Positions 25,917 to 28,557 of a stretch of 28,557 nt of DNA are shown here, in pieces (the stretch's first letter is position 1; the number at the start of each line of letters is the position of its first letter). The DNA is from an uncultured Gammaproteobacteria bacterium (GTDB lineage: Bacteria; Patescibacteriota; Patescibacteriia; UBA9629; CAZHCQ01). The translations under genes and the position numbers were made by a program. The notes below the pieces were generated by a model, which was not told where the DNA came from, did not search any database, and worked only from the letters and a program-made list of their open reading frames with translations. The stretch spans positions 1 through 28,557 of the forward strand of contig CAZHCQ010000042.1 of assembly GCA_964531415.1 (NCBI GenBank). Direction: 5' to 3'.

Positions 25917-26789
25917 ATGACTGAACAGTTTATAGAACTCAGCCCGCAAGAAAAGCAGGAAAAATTGCCCTATTTCAGCATGGATGTTCTTCCCGAAAAC
26001 AGCGAATTTATACAAGCCATAAAATCTGATTCTCTGTTTTACGAGAAAGCCAACGCCGTGGATACGCTTCTTCAGGAACTTGCTCAATACGATGTTCACC
26101 GTATAGACGGGCATGAAACTCCTTCGCTCATTGAACATATCAAAAATGTTACACGCCTCGGATTACAGTTTGCGCACTGGCTCGTGATACAAAAAGGCTA
26201 TCGGTGTGCAGATGAAGCAAAAATGATGCGCTCACTTTTCTGGGGATTATACATTCATGATATTGGAAAACGCAAGGTTCCCGCATACATTTTTCAAAAA
26301 CATCACCTGAATGAAGAGGAAAGATGCCAACTACGCAACCACCCGGACTATGGCTTCAACATACTCAATCAAAACTTCCCCAGGCTTTTTGGAGAAAATG
26401 AAACTGACATCATGCGCTTTCATCACGAACGATATGATGGGACAGGATATCCAGATGGCCTCATAGCACGACAAATTCCTTATTTTGCGCGCATAGCAGG
26501 GATTGTGGATACTTTTCAAGGCGGTTTAGAGGAACGCGGTTATAAAACGCCAATGCCCATAGAACAAGTCATCACGCAGATGTACCTTGAGACTGGAACA
26601 CATTTTGATCCAATTTTGTTCAGATATTTTATAAAAATGATACGAGAAACTGAAATCATAAGCCCTGCAAAATATCAACGAAGTTATCAGCATTACCGCA
26701 AAGCGGTTGAAAATGAAGCCAGAAATGGAACTACCCTCGCGACTGATACGATGCAAACAAGAAATTCACATGGAGAAAGGCATACGTAA
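25917..26789 (+). CDS. Stand-alone HD-GYP domain protein (putative cyclic di-nucleotide phosphodiesterase)
   Basis: EHIKNV, IHDIGK, HPDYG, HHERYDGTGYPDGL, IAGIVDTF, RGYK; no recognisable REC or GAF input domain. Confidence 0.9.
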   Translation: MTEQFIELSPQEKQEKLPYFSMDVLPENSEFIQAIKSDSLFYEKANAVDTLLQELAQYDVHRIDGHETPSLIEHIKNVTRLGLQFAHWLVIQKGYRCADEAKMMRSLFWGLYIHDIGKRKVPAYIFQKHHLNEEERCQLRNHPDYGFNILNQNFPRLFGENETDIMRFHHERYDGTGYPDGLIARQIPYFARIAGIVDTFQGGLEERGYKTPMPIEQVITQMYLETGTHFDPILFRYFIKMIRETEIISPAKYQRSYQHYRKAVENEARNGTTLATDTMQTRNSHGERHT

Positions 26790-26903
26790 CTACTATAGAG
26801 AGTTATTCAAGCCATCTTCTTGAGCCGTATTTTTACAAAATCATATCTCACCCCACTCATTTTTATCCAAACCCTACCCCCCTATTCTCATTTCAACAAA
26901 AAA

Positions 26904-26932
26904 TTGTGTGTTCTGCAAGGTTTTGCTATGCT
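26904..26932 (+). promoter_or_regulatory. Promoter candidate for the rib operon
   Basis: TTGTGT (26904-26909), 17 nt ending TGc, TATGCT (26927-26932); ATG 24 nt later. Confidence 0.45.
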
Positions 26933-26956
26933 TGAGCTACACTCTCCCCATACGCT

Positions 26957-27529
26957 ATGTTCACCGGAATTATACAAAAAACAGGCTTTATAAAAGCAAA
27001 AACCGATAGTACGCTTACCATACAAGCGCCTTTTAGAAATCTTAAAAAAGGCGCGAGCATTGCGGTAAACGGTGTGTGTTTGACTATTGCCAAAAAAACA
27101 CAAGGCTGTGTAAGCATGAATGTTGTTCCGGAAACACTGCGCATTACAACGCTTGGAATGCTCACAAAAGGGGATAGGGTGAACCTTGAACTTCCGCTCA
27201 AAGCAGGGGCGTTTCTTGACGGGCATATCGTGCAGGGGCATATTGATACCGTAGGAAAAATCAAAACCATCACACAGAACGGCGAGAATAAAATATACCG
27301 CATTGTGATACCTCAACACTGGAACACACACATCGTACAGAAAGGCTCAATCGCGGTTGACGGCGTTTCCCTGACAATATCAAAACAAGGAAAGAATTTT
27401 TTTGAAGCCGCGATTATTCCCTATACCTTTGAACATACTCTTTTTCAGAAGTATACTAAAGGCGCTCTCGTGAACATTGAATTTGATATAATAGGAAAAT
27501 ATATTTTAAACTATGCTCAAAAATTCTGA
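26957..27529 (+). CDS. ribE: Riboflavin synthase (alpha chain)
   Basis: Diagnostic MFTGII N-terminus, SIAVNGVCLT, VNLE, GHIVQGHID, SIAVDGVSLT, IIPYT, VNIEFD. Confidence 0.96.
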   Translation: MFTGIIQKTGFIKAKTDSTLTIQAPFRNLKKGASIAVNGVCLTIAKKTQGCVSMNVVPETLRITTLGMLTKGDRVNLELPLKAGAFLDGHIVQGHIDTVGKIKTITQNGENKIYRIVIPQHWNTHIVQKGSIAVDGVSLTISKQGKNFFEAAIIPYTFEHTLFQKYTKGALVNIEFDIIGKYILNYAQKF

Positions 27530-27983
27530 TAGGAGCGCATTAAACGGAGATTTCTCAAAAACGAAAATCGCCATTGTGCAGGCGCTGTATAACCAAGAGC
27601 TTACCGAAAATCTCACCATAAAGTGCGTTGCCGCGCTCATTTCACACGGGCTTAAAAAAAAACAGATTGAAATTTTTAAAGTACCCGGATCTTTAGAGGT
27701 GCCCTTGTTCTGCCAGCATCTTGCGAAAAAGAAAAAATATGATGCAATCATCGCGCTTGGAGTGGTGATAAAAGGGGAAACGCATCACTTTGAAGTCGTA
27801 ACCGCCGAATCCGCGCGGGGATGCATGAACGTATCGCTTGCGTATCATATTCCCATTATTTATGAAATTATCCCGGCATACACGCTTAAAACCGCGCAAG
27901 CGAGAGCCGGACAGAATAACCATAACAAGGGGATTGAAGCCGCACGCGCGGCGCTTGCGATGATCTCTGCGCTTCGTTCTTAA
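27513..27983 (+). CDS. ribH: 6,7-dimethyl-8-ribityllumazine synthase
   Basis: KIAIV, VPGSLEVP, YDAIIALGVVIKGETHHFE, NKG.EAA.AA..M. Confidence 0.95.
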   Translation: MLKNSDRSALNGDFSKTKIAIVQALYNQELTENLTIKCVAALISHGLKKKQIEIFKVPGSLEVPLFCQHLAKKKKYDAIIALGVVIKGETHHFEVVTAESARGCMNVSLAYHIPIIYEIIPAYTLKTAQARAGQNNHNKGIEAARAALAMISALRS

Positions 27984-27994
27984 TTACTGAATTT

Positions 27995-28557
27995 ATGAAA
28001 AATGTTTTTTATACATCAGTTCCAGAAGCAGTTGCCGACTTTAAAAAAGGCAAATTGCTCATTTTAACTGATGATGAAGGCCGCGAGAATGAGGGGGATT
28101 TCATTACCGCCGGAAGCCTCATGACCACGGAAAAAGTAAACTTTATGATTACGCACGGACGCGGGCTCTTATGCGCTCCGCTTGCGCCCCACATTGTTGA
28201 TCGCCTGAAACTTCCCTTAATGGTTGATGAAACAAGAAACCATGAATATACCAAATGCAATTTTACGGTTTCACTCAATGCAAAGGATCGGGGAGTGTCT
28301 ACGGGCATTTCCGCATATGACCGCTCAACAACAATCAAAACACTCGCGGATCCAAAATCCCGCGCCGAAAATTTTACCCAGCCCGGGCATGTATTCCCTT
28401 TACGAGCGCAAAAACTCGGAGTTTTAGTGCGTGCGGGGCATACCGAAGCAACGGTAGACCTCGCGCGGCTTGCGGGGCTTGAACAAGCCGGCGCGCTCTG
28501 TGAAATTTTGAACACGAACGGCACCATGGCGCGCCAGACGGACTTAAAAAAACTCGC
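27995..28557 (+). CDS. ribB: 3,4-dihydroxy-2-butanone-4-phosphate synthase (RibB, possibly RibBA fusion); 3' truncated
   Basis: Not in the ORF track because it runs off the window. Translated by hand from ATG 27995: MKNVFYTSVPEAVADFKKGK...DDEGRENEGD...GRGLLC...FTVS...STGISAYDR...PGHVFPL...RAGHTEATVDL...CEI. Confidence 0.95.
   Translation, partial: MKNVFYTSVPEAVADFKKGKLLILTDDEGRENEGDFITAGSLMTTEKVNFMITHGRGLLCAPLAPHIVDRLKLPLMVDETRNHEYTKCNFTVSLNAKDRGVSTGISAYDRSTTIKTLADPKSRAENFTQPGHVFPLRAQKLGVLVRAGHTEATVDLARLAGLEQAGALCEILNTNGTMARQTDLKKL

Noticed and set aside
26790-26956. FMN riboswitch upstream of ribE
   Set aside because: None of the conserved RFN blocks (e.g. AGGGCAGGGTGAAATTCCC-like) is present and the predicted leader is about 20 nt.
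26888-27331. Minus-strand ORFs 26888..27331 and 26926..27303
   Set aside because: Antisense shadows of ribE with no recognisable motifs.
28009-28527. 172-aa minus-strand ORF
   Set aside because: Antisense shadow of ribB, which occupies the + strand from 27995.
1-28557. tRNA, rRNA, CRISPR array, IS element, recoded stop codons; the remaining short ORFs in the track
   Set aside because: No cloverleaf or T-loop motif, repeat-spacer array or transposase recognised by eye; TGA ends several genes, so code 25 is not indicated; the other short ORFs overlap confident genes and lack motifs. tRNAscan/Infernal would be needed to exclude small RNAs.

Overview
Gene-dense chromosomal window in standard genetic code (TGA used as stop). 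Gene content points to a Patescibacteria/CPR bacterium (inference): short HrcA, degenerate PriA, a sigma4 + HARE-HTH protein, a VirD4-like ATPase with a membrane partner, SHQLRTP-type histidine kinases, and A/T-rich leaders without Shine-Dalgarno motifs. Left to right: 3' end of a SulP-like transporter, YfcE-type phosphoesterase, small membrane protein, lipoprotein FKBP; a signalling block (membrane HK, two stand-alone receivers, 7TM-GAF HK, tandem-GAF protein, metal-dependent deaminase); sigma4/HARE-HTH protein; membrane protein + VirD4/TraD-like ATPase; priA-def-fmt; a five-gene run (RskA-like repeat protein, LOG, unannotated Cys4 miniprotein, NnrE, RfbB); hrcA-grpE-hsp20-dnaK-dnaJ with a CIRCE operator and near-consensus promoter; a divergent HD-GYP gene; and the start of a riboflavin operon (ribE-ribH-ribB[A], truncated). 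No rRNA, tRNA, CRISPR array, IS or integrase was recognised. Best leads: the output-less signalling block with tandem GAF + deaminase, the sigma4/HARE-HTH - palindrome/promoter - VirD4 module, helicase-dead PriA, HD-GYP sharing the CIRCE site, riboflavin genes in a presumed CPR genome, and a strong T(-1) start-codon context. All family calls come from motif recognition by eye; no database search was run.
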